Source: Bacteroidota bacterium (GTDB lineage Bacteria > Bacteroidota > Bacteroidia > Bacteroidales > ML635J-15). From it: a DNA stretch of 63,012 bases. Below the pieces are notes generated by a model that did no database searches, was not told the origin of the DNA, and saw only the letters and a program-made list of their open reading frames with translations. Positions 52,142 to 61,482 of the stretch are shown in pieces. The stretch's first letter is position 1. Every line of letters begins with the position of its first letter. Position numbers and translations under genes: made by a program. The stretch is taken from NCBI GenBank assembly GCA_034658655.1, contig JAYEFQ010000004.1, positions 1 through 63,012 on the forward strand. Direction: 5' to 3'.

Positions 52142-52945
52142 ATGACTTCATGCAATGCAAAAATAGGGGTATTTGATTCCGGTGTCGGTGGATTGACTGT
52201 TTTAAAACAATTGGTTGACCTGATGCCTAATGAAGACTTCCTTTATTTTGCCGACTCTGCTCATGCTCCTTACGGAAATTTGTCTGAAAAAGAAATTATT
52301 CATCGCGCCGAGAAAATCACTGCATTTTTTATCGAAAAAGGTGTGAAAGTAATGGTCGTTGCATGTAATACCGCAACAGCCGCAGCGATTGATGCGTTGA
52401 GACAAAATTTTGATCTTCCTTTTATTGGTATGGAGCCAGCCGTTAAACCAGCAAGTTTGCTCTCGAAAACCGGTAGTATTGGCGTATTGGCAACGAAAGG
52501 AACATTTGGCGGGAATTTGTTTAAAGAAAAACATGAACTCTATGGTCAATACGTCAATATTCATTATGCAGAAGGACGAGGCTTAGTTGAACTTGCTGAA
52601 ACCAATCAAATTCATAGTACTGAAACGGAAGAATTGCTCCAACAACTTATTCTGCCAATGCTGAAAAAAAATGTGGATCAAATTGTTTTAGGCTGTACAC
52701 ATTATCCGCTTTTTGTCGAAGAAATTCAAAAAATTGCAGGCCCAAATGTTAATTTGATTGATCCGGCAGATGCCATTGCCCGAAGAACTAAAGACATTTT
52801 AATTCAAAACCGATTGTACTGTACGAAATCTGAACCGTATTCCTTAGAATGTTATAGCACTGGCAAACTTGACATTTTGCATCAAATGTTAATTTTTTGT
52901 CATCTCTCATTTCAACAATCTGAAACCTATCAAATTAGGTGGTAA
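52142..52945 (+). CDS. murI: Glutamate racemase
   Basis: GVFDSGVGGLTV, VVACNTATA and LGCTHYP motifs. Confidence 0.95.
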   Translation: MTSCNAKIGVFDSGVGGLTVLKQLVDLMPNEDFLYFADSAHAPYGNLSEKEIIHRAEKITAFFIEKGVKVMVVACNTATAAAIDALRQNFDLPFIGMEPAVKPASLLSKTGSIGVLATKGTFGGNLFKEKHELYGQYVNIHYAEGRGLVELAETNQIHSTETEELLQQLILPMLKKNVDQIVLGCTHYPLFVEEIQKIAGPNVNLIDPADAIARRTKDILIQNRLYCTKSEPYSLECYSTGKLDILHQMLIFCHLSFQQSETYQIRW

Positions 52946-52960
52946 GGATTAAAAAAAGTT

Positions 52961-52998
52961 AAGTGTTAAATAAAGTCGAGTATGAAAAAAAGTGTTAA
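52961..52998 (+). promoter_or_regulatory. Perfect 9-bp direct repeat AAGTGTTAA x2 upstream of the LytTR regulator gene
   Basis: AAGTGTTAA at 52961-52969 and at 52990-52998, each preceded by an A-run; 27 nt upstream of ATG 53025. Confidence 0.4.
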
Positions 52999-53024
52999 CT
53001 TTGAGTATTAATAATAGTAGGGCT

Positions 53025-53768
53025 ATGTTAAACTGTATTATCATTGATGACGATTTAATTATCCGAAAACTGGTTGAAGAATTTGTAAGGAAAACAAAAC
53101 GCTTGAATTTATTGGGAGCTTTTGAAAACCCCGTCATTGCACTTTCAGAACTGGTGGAAAACGAAAAGATTGATATTGTTTTTCTCGATGTTGAGATGCC
53201 TGAAATGACCGGCTTAGAGTTGCTCGAGAATATGCGAACAAATCCTAAAGTGATTATTATTTCGGGAAAAGATAAATACGCCATCAATGCATTTGAGTAT
53301 GACGTGACAGATTATTTGTTGAAACCAATTACTTATGCCCGATTTTATAAAGCGGTAATGCGTGCTGTCGAAGAGGTTGAAAAAGCAAATAAAAAACTAA
53401 CAGCTCAGGCCGAATCGGATGATGCAGTGGAGTCTAAACAAAAAGATGAGATTTTTATTCGGGAAAATTCTGCTTTGGTTCGCATCAAATTTTCGGATAT
53501 CCTTTTTGTGGAGGCGCAAGAAAATTATGTGTCTTTGCAATCACTAGAAAAGCGGGTTTTGATTCATTTTACAATGAAAGCAATTGAAAATGAGTTGCCA
53601 AATGACCGGTTTATCCGTGTGCATCGTTCGTATTTTGTGAATGTTGATCACATTGAAAAAATTTCTGGAAATCGTATAAGCATGAAAGTTAAAAATGAAA
53701 TAATTTATATTCCAATCGGAAAATCTTACAAAGACGAGTTGTTGAATCGCTTAAATTTGATGAATTAA
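53025..53768 (+). CDS. LytTR-family response regulator (REC + LytTR DNA-binding domain)
   Basis: IIIDDD and DIVFLDVEMPEMTG receiver motifs. C-terminal FIRVHRSYFVN LytTR motif. ATG 53025 preferred over GTG 52992. Confidence 0.9.
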   Translation: MLNCIIIDDDLIIRKLVEEFVRKTKRLNLLGAFENPVIALSELVENEKIDIVFLDVEMPEMTGLELLENMRTNPKVIIISGKDKYAINAFEYDVTDYLLKPITYARFYKAVMRAVEEVEKANKKLTAQAESDDAVESKQKDEIFIRENSALVRIKFSDILFVEAQENYVSLQSLEKRVLIHFTMKAIENELPNDRFIRVHRSYFVNVDHIEKISGNRISMKVKNEIIYIPIGKSYKDELLNRLNLMN

Positions 53769-53769
53769 T

Positions 53770-54963
53770 ATGCAGAATGCAAGCATGCGTGAATTATTCA
53801 TGCAGTATCTTGGTTTGCCCTCTGATGCGCCTATGGGTTTTGAAGCTGTTAGGGCTGAGGGCGTTTTTGTTTACAATCAGGAAGGTAAAGCCTTTTATGA
53901 TTTGGTATCTGGTGTTTCTGTCAGTAATCTGGGGCATCATCATCCTGAAATCGTGCAAGCGGTAAAAGATCAAATTGATAAGCATATGCACCTCATGGTT
54001 TACGGTGAGTTTGTGCAACCTGTGCAGGTGGAACTCGCTGAATTATTAATTCAAAACCTTGCAGGTAATCTGAACTCTGTATATTATGTAAACAGTGGCT
54101 CTGAGGCTGTTGAGGGAGCGATGAAACTCGCAAAGCGATACACAGGTCGTTCTGAAATTGTTGCCTTTAAAAACGCTTATCACGGAAGCACACACGGAGC
54201 CTTGAGTTTACTCGGCGATGAAACATTTAAACGCAATTATAGACCCTTATTGCCCGATATCCGAATGTTACAGTTTAATGTCCAGGACGATTTATCTCAA
54301 ATTACCGAGAAAACTGCTGCCGTTGTACTTGAACCCATACAGGCGGAGGCAGGAATATGTATTCCCGATGATGATTATCTGAAAAAATTGCGAAAACGTT
54401 GCGATGATACCGGAACCTTATTGGTCTTTGATGAAATTCAAACCGGATTTGGTCGTACCGGAAAATTGTTCGCCTATGAACATTGGAACGTAATTCCTGA
54501 TATTCTCTGCATTGCGAAAGCATTTGGCGGAGGCATGCCTTTGGGGGCGTTTGTTGCAAATAAACAGGTAATGGACAGTTTTAAAACCAATCCTATGCTT
54601 GGGCATATTACAACTTTTGGTGGACATCCCGTTTCATGTGCCGCTGCACTTGCAAATTTGAAAATTTTATTGCGTGACGATTTAATTTCTCAGGTTGAGG
54701 AAAAAGCAGCCTTGTATTTTTCACATTTAAATCATCCTAAAATTAAAAAAATCTGGGGGAAAGGACTGTTTATTGGCATTGAAACGAAAACTCCTGAAGA
54801 GGCAGCAAAAGTGATGGCGATTGGCGCGCGTATAGGGTTTATTACCGATTTATTCCTGTTTAAACCCAATGCATTTCGAATCGGAGTACCTTTGATAATT
54901 ACAGAAACTCAAATAATGGAAACAATTCAGCTTATTCATCAGGCTTTAGATGAGTTGGAATAA
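53770..54963 (+). CDS. Class III PLP-dependent aminotransferase (ArgD/GabT-like)
   Basis: DEIQTGFGRTG and the Schiff-base lysine context IAKAFGGG. Confidence 0.88.
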   Translation: MQNASMRELFMQYLGLPSDAPMGFEAVRAEGVFVYNQEGKAFYDLVSGVSVSNLGHHHPEIVQAVKDQIDKHMHLMVYGEFVQPVQVELAELLIQNLAGNLNSVYYVNSGSEAVEGAMKLAKRYTGRSEIVAFKNAYHGSTHGALSLLGDETFKRNYRPLLPDIRMLQFNVQDDLSQITEKTAAVVLEPIQAEAGICIPDDDYLKKLRKRCDDTGTLLVFDEIQTGFGRTGKLFAYEHWNVIPDILCIAKAFGGGMPLGAFVANKQVMDSFKTNPMLGHITTFGGHPVSCAAALANLKILLRDDLISQVEEKAALYFSHLNHPKIKKIWGKGLFIGIETKTPEEAAKVMAIGARIGFITDLFLFKPNAFRIGVPLIITETQIMETIQLIHQALDELE

Positions 54964-54993
54964 AATATTGCACGAACTTTGTACGTTTGCTTA

Positions 54994-55887
54994 ATGATGA
55001 AAATAATAACATTCATATTTACTCTAATTTTTTCCTTGTCAGGATTTTTATCTGCACAGGAAAATCAAGAACTTTTGTATGACCTTCAGCAAGTTGACGA
55101 ACTGCTATCTAATGCAGCAAGTTATTATAAGGATGAAGATAAGCTCGAAGCAAATCAAGAAGCAAAGGCGATTTTGAAATCTGTATTAGAAAATCCGGAA
55201 AGTATGAATGCTCCCGTTGATTCCCTTAAACGTGTTTCTGTATTAAAATCCCCCGACGGAAAATTGCGCGTGTTTACCTGGAATCTCCTTTTTGATGATT
55301 TGACTCACACTTGCTATGGTTTTATTCAATATCAAGCGGAAAGAGATAAACGATTGCTTTATGAGTTGAAGGATTTTTATATTGAGCGCGATTCAATGGA
55401 ACGAAAATTTAGCAGTCATGCCGAATGGTATGGTGCAATTTATTACGATATTATTGAAAAGTCGGATAAAAAGAATACGGTTTATACCTTATTGGGATGG
55501 CGCGGGCAAAATGCTTTAACCCAACAGAAAATTGTGGAAACCCTTGAGTTTGACAGACATGATTTGCCGAATTTTGGTAAAAAGCGGCTGCGGGTTGGCA
55601 GATCACGTGAATTGAGGGCAGTCTTTACCTATTCCATTAAAACACAAATGATTTTGCGATTTAATGAAAAACAGGATATTATTGTTTTAGATCATCTTTC
55701 TCCCTCTGATCCTAAGCTGCAAGGACATTATGAATACTATGGTCCGGATTATTCTTACGATGCATTTGAATTTGACAAAGGAAATTGGTATTTTGTGTCA
55801 GATATTGATCCCGAAAGGGCAATTAATTATGAGCGTGATAAAGAGAAAGAGGCGCTCGAGAATCGTGAACCAAGTTCAAATTTTTAA
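54994..55887 (+). CDS. Secreted hypothetical protein
   Basis: ATG 54994 gives MMKIITFIFTLIFSLSGFLSAQ, a signal peptide. No recognisable catalytic motif. Confidence 0.6.
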   Translation: MMKIITFIFTLIFSLSGFLSAQENQELLYDLQQVDELLSNAASYYKDEDKLEANQEAKAILKSVLENPESMNAPVDSLKRVSVLKSPDGKLRVFTWNLLFDDLTHTCYGFIQYQAERDKRLLYELKDFYIERDSMERKFSSHAEWYGAIYYDIIEKSDKKNTVYTLLGWRGQNALTQQKIVETLEFDRHDLPNFGKKRLRVGRSRELRAVFTYSIKTQMILRFNEKQDIIVLDHLSPSDPKLQGHYEYYGPDYSYDAFEFDKGNWYFVSDIDPERAINYERDKEKEALENREPSSNF

Positions 55888-55888
55888 T

Positions 55889-56407
55889 ATGAGCAAAGAT
55901 TATGTCATAGATGTGTATTTTGTGGATGATGATGATATTTATCTGAATTTTTTTAGAAAACGATTCCAGTTAGATTTGCCCCATAATTTGCATACCTACA
56001 ATTCTGGAAAAAAATTCATGAGACATTTTATCCATGATAATAAATTCCGTCGGAATCAAAAAATTGTGATTTTAGATTATTTGCTCAAAAGTGGTGATGA
56101 TTCAGATGTAAAAACCGGAATGGAATTGTTGCCAATTATTAAGCATTATAATCCTGAGACGGAGGTGATAATGCTTTCAGGAAAAGTTAATGTGAATATT
56201 AAACCTACTGCTGGAAATTATACTCCCGCTTTATTTATCCGTAAAGATGATAATGCATTTGAGTATATTGCCTCCACAATTAAAAAAATGGCTGCGAAAT
56301 ATGAGCTCGATAAAAAGGACAGACAAGCTCGATTGGCTAGAAACCTGTTTGTTGCTGTGGTAGCTGCCGGTGTTTTTGGCGCATTTTTATTCTTGATTAT
56401 CCGATAA
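55889..56407 (+). CDS. Single-domain receiver (REC) protein with C-terminal transmembrane anchor
   Basis: ATG 55889 follows the upstream TAA by one nt. REC residues VYFVDDDD, VILDYLL (acceptor Asp), VIMLSG and FIRK. Terminal hydrophobic helix LFVAVVAAGVFGAFLFLII. Confidence 0.65.
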   Translation: MSKDYVIDVYFVDDDDIYLNFFRKRFQLDLPHNLHTYNSGKKFMRHFIHDNKFRRNQKIVILDYLLKSGDDSDVKTGMELLPIIKHYNPETEVIMLSGKVNVNIKPTAGNYTPALFIRKDDNAFEYIASTIKKMAAKYELDKKDRQARLARNLFVAVVAAGVFGAFLFLIIR

Positions 56408-56418
56408 ACTCGTTAAGC

Positions 56419-57066
56419 ATGCGTTTAATTCTGGAAAGTACTTTGATTCTTGGCTTGCTTGCGTTTATTTTTGTTGCTTGTAATACAGATGAGTACCAAC
56501 CTGTTTCTGGCGATTTGTTGTTTCAGGTAGGTGAGAGTTCTGTTTTTTCTGAGGCGGTTATTCAATCAACTAAAAGCTCAAAAAATATCAATTTTTCACA
56601 TGTTGGCATTGTTGAAATAGTGGGGAATGCTGTGTATGTGATTGAAGCGGTTCCTGAATATGGCGTTCGTAAAGTGACATTATCGCAATTTTTAAGTGCG
56701 TCAGCAAAATCTCCTGATGGAAAACCTTTGCTTGTTGCCTGCCGGTTAAAACCAGATGTTGAGGTGCAAAACCCTGTTGAAAATGCGCACTTGCGAATTG
56801 GGATGCCTTACGATTCAGTGTTTTCGCATGATAACCAAGCATATTATTGCAGTGAGTTAATTTATGTAAGCTATTGTGATGATAATTTGCAACCTGTTTT
56901 TTCAAGTATTCCCATGTCATTTTCTGATACGTCTGGAAATCCTTTGCCTTATTGGGAAAGCTATTTCGAAGCAATGGATTTGCCTATCCCTGAAGGTGCA
57001 TCGGGTACCAATCCGACACAGCTTTTTCAGTCGGAGCAACTTGAAATTGTGCATCGGTATTGGTAA
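56419..57066 (+). CDS. YiiX-family permuted papain-like lipoprotein
   Basis: Lipobox FIFVAC; SHVGIV and YYCSELIY motifs in the permuted order typical of YiiX/YaeF-type hydrolases. Confidence 0.7.
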   Translation: MRLILESTLILGLLAFIFVACNTDEYQPVSGDLLFQVGESSVFSEAVIQSTKSSKNINFSHVGIVEIVGNAVYVIEAVPEYGVRKVTLSQFLSASAKSPDGKPLLVACRLKPDVEVQNPVENAHLRIGMPYDSVFSHDNQAYYCSELIYVSYCDDNLQPVFSSIPMSFSDTSGNPLPYWESYFEAMDLPIPEGASGTNPTQLFQSEQLEIVHRYW

Positions 57067-57173
57067 TCTTTTCTTTGTGTAAATCGCTATTTTAATTGAT
57101 TTTTATTTTAGTTAAAATCACTACTCATGACATATTTGCCAAATTCACTGCCGAATTGGCAGGGAAAGCGAAC

Positions 57174-57189
57174 TGGCACATGCTTTGCT
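57174..57189 (+). promoter_or_regulatory. Sigma-54 (RpoN) -24/-12 promoter element upstream of htpG
   Basis: TGGCACatgctTTGCT: the GG and GC dinucleotides are separated by exactly 10 nt, as in the TGGCAC-N5-TTGC consensus. It ends 30 nt upstream of ATG 57220. Confidence 0.6.
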
Positions 57190-57219
57190 ATTTAGCCCCT
57201 CAAATAAAAATATAGAACG

Positions 57220-59268
57220 ATGCGAAAAGGTAAAATTAAAGTTACGAGTGATAACATTTTTCCGGTTATCAAAAAGTTTTTATACTCTGATCATGAGATA
57301 TTTCTGCGAGAAATTGTTTCCAATGCTGTAGATGCAACACAAAAGTTAAATACACTCATTCAGCGTGGTGAAGTGGAGCAAGAAGTCAATCAAAAGCCCA
57401 TTGAGGTGCTTGTTGACAAGGACGAGAAAACAATAACCGTCCGCGATTTTGGAATTGGTATGACTGAAGATGAGGTGTTGAAATATCTAAACCAAATCGC
57501 CTTGTCCAGTGCTGAGGAATTTCTCGAAAAATATAAAGATGATGCCAACGCAATTATCGGACATTTTGGTCTAGGGTTTTTCTCAAGTTTCATGGTTAGT
57601 AAAAAAGTTGAGGTGCTTACCCGCTCTTACCAAAAAGATGCTCAACCTGTGGTTTGGGAGTGCGAAGGCGATCCGAAATTTAAACTCAAAGAGGCTGAGC
57701 GTGAGCATGTCGGGACTGATGTTATCATGTATATTGAAGATGAGAACAGCGAGTTTTTGAATGAATCGAAAATTCAGGAATTATTAGATAAATACTGCAA
57801 ATTCTTACCTATTCCAATCACTTTCGGTAAGAAAAAAGAGTGGAAAGAGGATAAAGAAATTGAAACCGATGAAGCAAATATTATCAATAATTCAAATCCT
57901 GTATGGAAACAACAACCAGCAGATTTGAAAGATGATGATTACAAAGCATTTTATCGCGAATTGTATCCTGCAATGATGGATGAGCCGATGTTTCACATAC
58001 ATCTCAATGTGGATTATCCTTTTAATCTGACTGGAATTTTGTATTTCCCGAAAATTCGTCAGAATATTGATATGCAGAAAAATAAAATTCAGCTTTATTC
58101 CAATCAGGTGTTTGTAACTGATTCTGTGGAAGGTATTGTTCCTGAGTTTCTTACCATGCTTCATGGGGTGATAGATTCTCCGGATATTCCATTGAATATT
58201 TCCCGTTCTTACTTGCAATCCGATTCAAATGTGAAGAAAATATCAGGTTACATTACCAAAAAAGTTGCTGATAAGTTAATCGAGTTTTTTAAAAATGATA
58301 GAAAATTGTACGAAGAAAAATGGGATGATCTGAAAGTTTTTGTTGAGTATGGTATGATGACAGAAGAGAAGTTTTATGATAAAATGTTAGATTATCTCTT
58401 GTTGAGAAACGTGGACGGAAAATATTTCACCATTGAGGAATATAAAGAAATTGTTAAAGAAAATCAGACTAATAAAGACAAGCAGTTGATTTACCTTTAT
58501 TCATCTGATAGAGACGCACAATTTACACATATTAAAAATGCGCAGGATAAGGGTTATGATGTTTTGCTGATGGATGGTCAGTTGGATACGCATTTCCTGA
58601 ATCACATGGAGAGTAAACTTGAAAACAGTCGCTTTGTACGTGTTGATGGTGATGTTGCTGAAAAGTTGATTGAGAAAGATGAAAAAGCGGAAAGCAAGTT
58701 GGAGCTAAAAGCTCAGGAGAATGTGAAACAAGTGTTTGAAACTCAGCTGCCGAAAGGAAGCAGCTATTCTGTACGTACTGAAGAGTTAAGCGAAAACAGC
58801 ATGCCGGTAATGATTACTCAGGATGAGTTTATGCGTCGCATGAAAGATATGTCGCACCTCAGTGGCGGAATGTACGGAAATCTGCCGGATTCATACGCGT
58901 TGATTTTGAACACAAATCATCCTTTAATCGGCAAGTTGAGTACTGATATAGACAGTAAAATTGGTGATGATATTTCTACAATTGACGAGGAAATAACGGC
59001 TGTTAATCAGAAAATTAATGAGCAGGAAGCGGCGAATAAGGAGAAAAAAGATGAGGAAATACCGCAAGAAGAGAAAGATAACTTAGAAGGCTTGAAAAAA
59101 TCGTTAAGCGAGAAAAACAGCATAAAAACTGAAAAATTCTCAAGCTTCGGTCAAGATACAAAACTGATTAAACAATTGATAGATTTGGCTTTATTGTCAA
59201 ACAATATGTTGAAAGGCGAATCACTCGATCAGTTTGTGAAACGTAGTCTTGATATGATAGGGAAATAA
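57220..59268 (+). CDS. htpG: Molecular chaperone HtpG (Hsp90)
   Basis: EIFLREIVSNAVDA, GHFGLGFFS and the charged linker; 682 aa. Confidence 0.97.
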   Translation: MRKGKIKVTSDNIFPVIKKFLYSDHEIFLREIVSNAVDATQKLNTLIQRGEVEQEVNQKPIEVLVDKDEKTITVRDFGIGMTEDEVLKYLNQIALSSAEEFLEKYKDDANAIIGHFGLGFFSSFMVSKKVEVLTRSYQKDAQPVVWECEGDPKFKLKEAEREHVGTDVIMYIEDENSEFLNESKIQELLDKYCKFLPIPITFGKKKEWKEDKEIETDEANIINNSNPVWKQQPADLKDDDYKAFYRELYPAMMDEPMFHIHLNVDYPFNLTGILYFPKIRQNIDMQKNKIQLYSNQVFVTDSVEGIVPEFLTMLHGVIDSPDIPLNISRSYLQSDSNVKKISGYITKKVADKLIEFFKNDRKLYEEKWDDLKVFVEYGMMTEEKFYDKMLDYLLLRNVDGKYFTIEEYKEIVKENQTNKDKQLIYLYSSDRDAQFTHIKNAQDKGYDVLLMDGQLDTHFLNHMESKLENSRFVRVDGDVAEKLIEKDEKAESKLELKAQENVKQVFETQLPKGSSYSVRTEELSENSMPVMITQDEFMRRMKDMSHLSGGMYGNLPDSYALILNTNHPLIGKLSTDIDSKIGDDISTIDEEITAVNQKINEQEAANKEKKDEEIPQEEKDNLEGLKKSLSEKNSIKTEKFSSFGQDTKLIKQLIDLALLSNNMLKGESLDQFVKRSLDMIGK

Positions 59269-59293
59269 TTAATTTCCGTTTCCATAAAATGTG

Positions 59294-59330
59294 AAAGCAG
59301 GCTGTCCGGAAACGAACAGCCTGCTTTTTG
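59294..59330. terminator. Bidirectional terminator between convergent htpG and the DUF4139 gene
   Basis: aaagcaggctgt at 59294-59305 pairs perfectly with acagcctgcttt at 59316-59327, with a 10-nt loop. T-run follows. Confidence 0.85.
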
Positions 59331-59360
59331 TTTCTAGGTTATGAAAAATAGATAAGGAAT

Positions 59361-61004
59361 TTATGAAATACACAAAATATTTAAATTCTGCTTACTGTCA
59401 TATTTTACGCAAAAGCTGAATTTAATGGTTTTCTTTTGATTCGCCGGAATTGTTAAATCCCATGTTAAGTGTGCATTTTTCTCATTGAATTCTGCACCGT
59501 CTGATTTTAGCAATTTTACTTCAATGTCATCATTGTTTGAAAGTGGAATTCTGTCTTCAAGTATTAAATTAATTGTTTGATTACTTAGATTATTAATCTT
59601 GATTTCATATTCTATGGTTTTTTTTACGAAAGAACCCACTAAGGTGTTTTCCGTTTCTTCTGATATTTTTTTTCTGTCAATGCTGACTCGTTGTGATTTT
59701 CCGAGTGGAATTTCAATGCTGTCATTGACATTTTGTGGATAAAGCTGAGTCAATCCATTATATTTTCCGTTAAAATAGATGTTTGCTTGTCCTGATAGTA
59801 ATTCCACGTCTTTCCAATCGGTAATTTTTGCGAGTAAAAATGCATTTCTGTCCATTGCAGGAGCTGCATAATAGGTGAATTCACTGCCCAGCGTTTTGTT
59901 CAAAACAGGCACTGTATGCTGTGTCCCATCACCTGAAATACTAAAGCTTAAGTCGATGTCGTAGCTTAAATTCAGCATATTTGCAGTTTGTTCCACAAAT
60001 TGGTTTGTATAAGTGGCCACTTCATTAGTTTGTGAAATATTTTGAGCAGCTGTAGGAATTCTACTCTCTCTCTTGTGACCCTCGTTGTAGATAGCTCTGT
60101 ATTGCTGATTATAATTCAAATACCAAATTGGCAAGCTGGGTTTTTGATGATGTTGTTGCGGATTTGCTGTCGATAAGGTGAGCTTAACATCGTCCCAGTT
60201 TTTTTGGGTGTTTTGATACACTTTAGCTTTATAAATCAGACTAATGCTTTCATCATCTTTTGCCCGGATATCGTATGAAGGACTCCAACCTGCATTATTT
60301 ACAAGATAACTGATTTCAAGTTCGGCTGTTGCGCTTTGATTTCCGATAACTTGTACAACAATTTGTGGAACTGCTTGTTGCACTTGATTTTCGTTTCGTT
60401 GATTATAGGTTATTAATTTGTTCAAACGAGAGTTCATGGCTGCAAGTTTTTTGTCAATCGGATATTTTTCTTTTTCAAGTGAGAATTTTTGATTGTTAAT
60501 GTCATTTAGTTTGTCGCGGAAAAAGTGCATGGTTTGTTTAAGTTCCGGAATTGTGTCTCCGCCATTTCCACGTACCAATTGATTGTTGAGCATAAGGTTT
60601 TTCTCCATATTAAGCACTTCCAATTGGTCTGTAATAGGACGTAAGCTATAGCTAACAAGTCTGATAGAATCTTCTAGTGCATCAATTGCGCTTTGAATTT
60701 TTGGCGGTAAAGTTGAGTTTGCGTTTAGTGGATTTATTTGATGCATGCGAAAATGAGTGTCTAAAATTGTGAAATTCCCCTTTCCGGATACTTGAAGACT
60801 ATTGGCATTAATTTGAGGGGAAAGACTATCGAAAACAATTTGCTGCATCCCTTTTGAAAGGGAGAATTTTTCAGTTCTGTGGATTTCAGCAGCGCTCGTG
60901 TAAACGGTAATGCGATCTGGTTTTGTTTGTAAAATTGTTTCTGGTTGTGCCTGACAGATAATCATTGCACTAATTAAGCTTGTAAGTAAAATAATTCGTT
61001 TCAT
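59361..61004 (-). CDS. DUF4139 domain protein (MuiA-like), secreted
   Basis: ATG at 61004 gives MKRIILLTSLISAMIICQAQ, a signal peptide. Domain assignment is from overall sequence character and size only. Confidence 0.6.
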   Translation of the reverse strand: MKRIILLTSLISAMIICQAQPETILQTKPDRITVYTSAAEIHRTEKFSLSKGMQQIVFDSLSPQINANSLQVSGKGNFTILDTHFRMHQINPLNANSTLPPKIQSAIDALEDSIRLVSYSLRPITDQLEVLNMEKNLMLNNQLVRGNGGDTIPELKQTMHFFRDKLNDINNQKFSLEKEKYPIDKKLAAMNSRLNKLITYNQRNENQVQQAVPQIVVQVIGNQSATAELEISYLVNNAGWSPSYDIRAKDDESISLIYKAKVYQNTQKNWDDVKLTLSTANPQQHHQKPSLPIWYLNYNQQYRAIYNEGHKRESRIPTAAQNISQTNEVATYTNQFVEQTANMLNLSYDIDLSFSISGDGTQHTVPVLNKTLGSEFTYYAAPAMDRNAFLLAKITDWKDVELLSGQANIYFNGKYNGLTQLYPQNVNDSIEIPLGKSQRVSIDRKKISEETENTLVGSFVKKTIEYEIKINNLSNQTINLILEDRIPLSNNDDIEVKLLKSDGAEFNEKNAHLTWDLTIPANQKKTIKFSFCVKYDSKQNLNILCIS

Positions 61005-61188
61005 ATGACCTATATTTTTTGTTACGAGACTGAGATACATGCAAACTGAGAATTCCATAAAAGTGATTGAGTAATTTGCCGGCTGGAGGATTGTCACGAA
61101 AGTACCGATGGGTAAGTATCAAAACCCAATAGACAAAAAACAAAAGTAAATTCAAAATGTCATTGCCTGAATAGGGATGGCCGTAAAA

Positions 61189-61295
61189 AGCTTTTTATAC
61201 CATTTATTAATCAAAATGGCAAGTATAATGCCGATGTAGATTCAACATCGATAGGCAAAGCATATCGGTAGTTTTGAATCACAATCGTTATTACT
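61189..61295 (+). repeat. Copy 2 of the ~110-nt hairpin repeat, about 100 nt upstream of the integrase reading frame
   Basis: Aligns with 17207-17321. Differences fall in the loop (GGCGTAGCA versus GGCAAAGCA), one C-to-T change that creates a G-T pair, and GC-to-TT in the outer right arm. Confidence 0.9.
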
Positions 61296-61482
61296 CGGGA
61301 AAACCGCTTAATTGTTTGCAAGAAAACAGTATATTATTTGCTCATTAAGCCTTTTTTTATTATAATTGTTTTCAACTAATTTTATCTGATTTTCCTTGAC
61401 GTTCAAACCTAGAATAGTATTATCCAATGATACCCACCGTGGGGCAAAAATTGTTTCCTTGAAATTTTAGTATAATCAGGAA

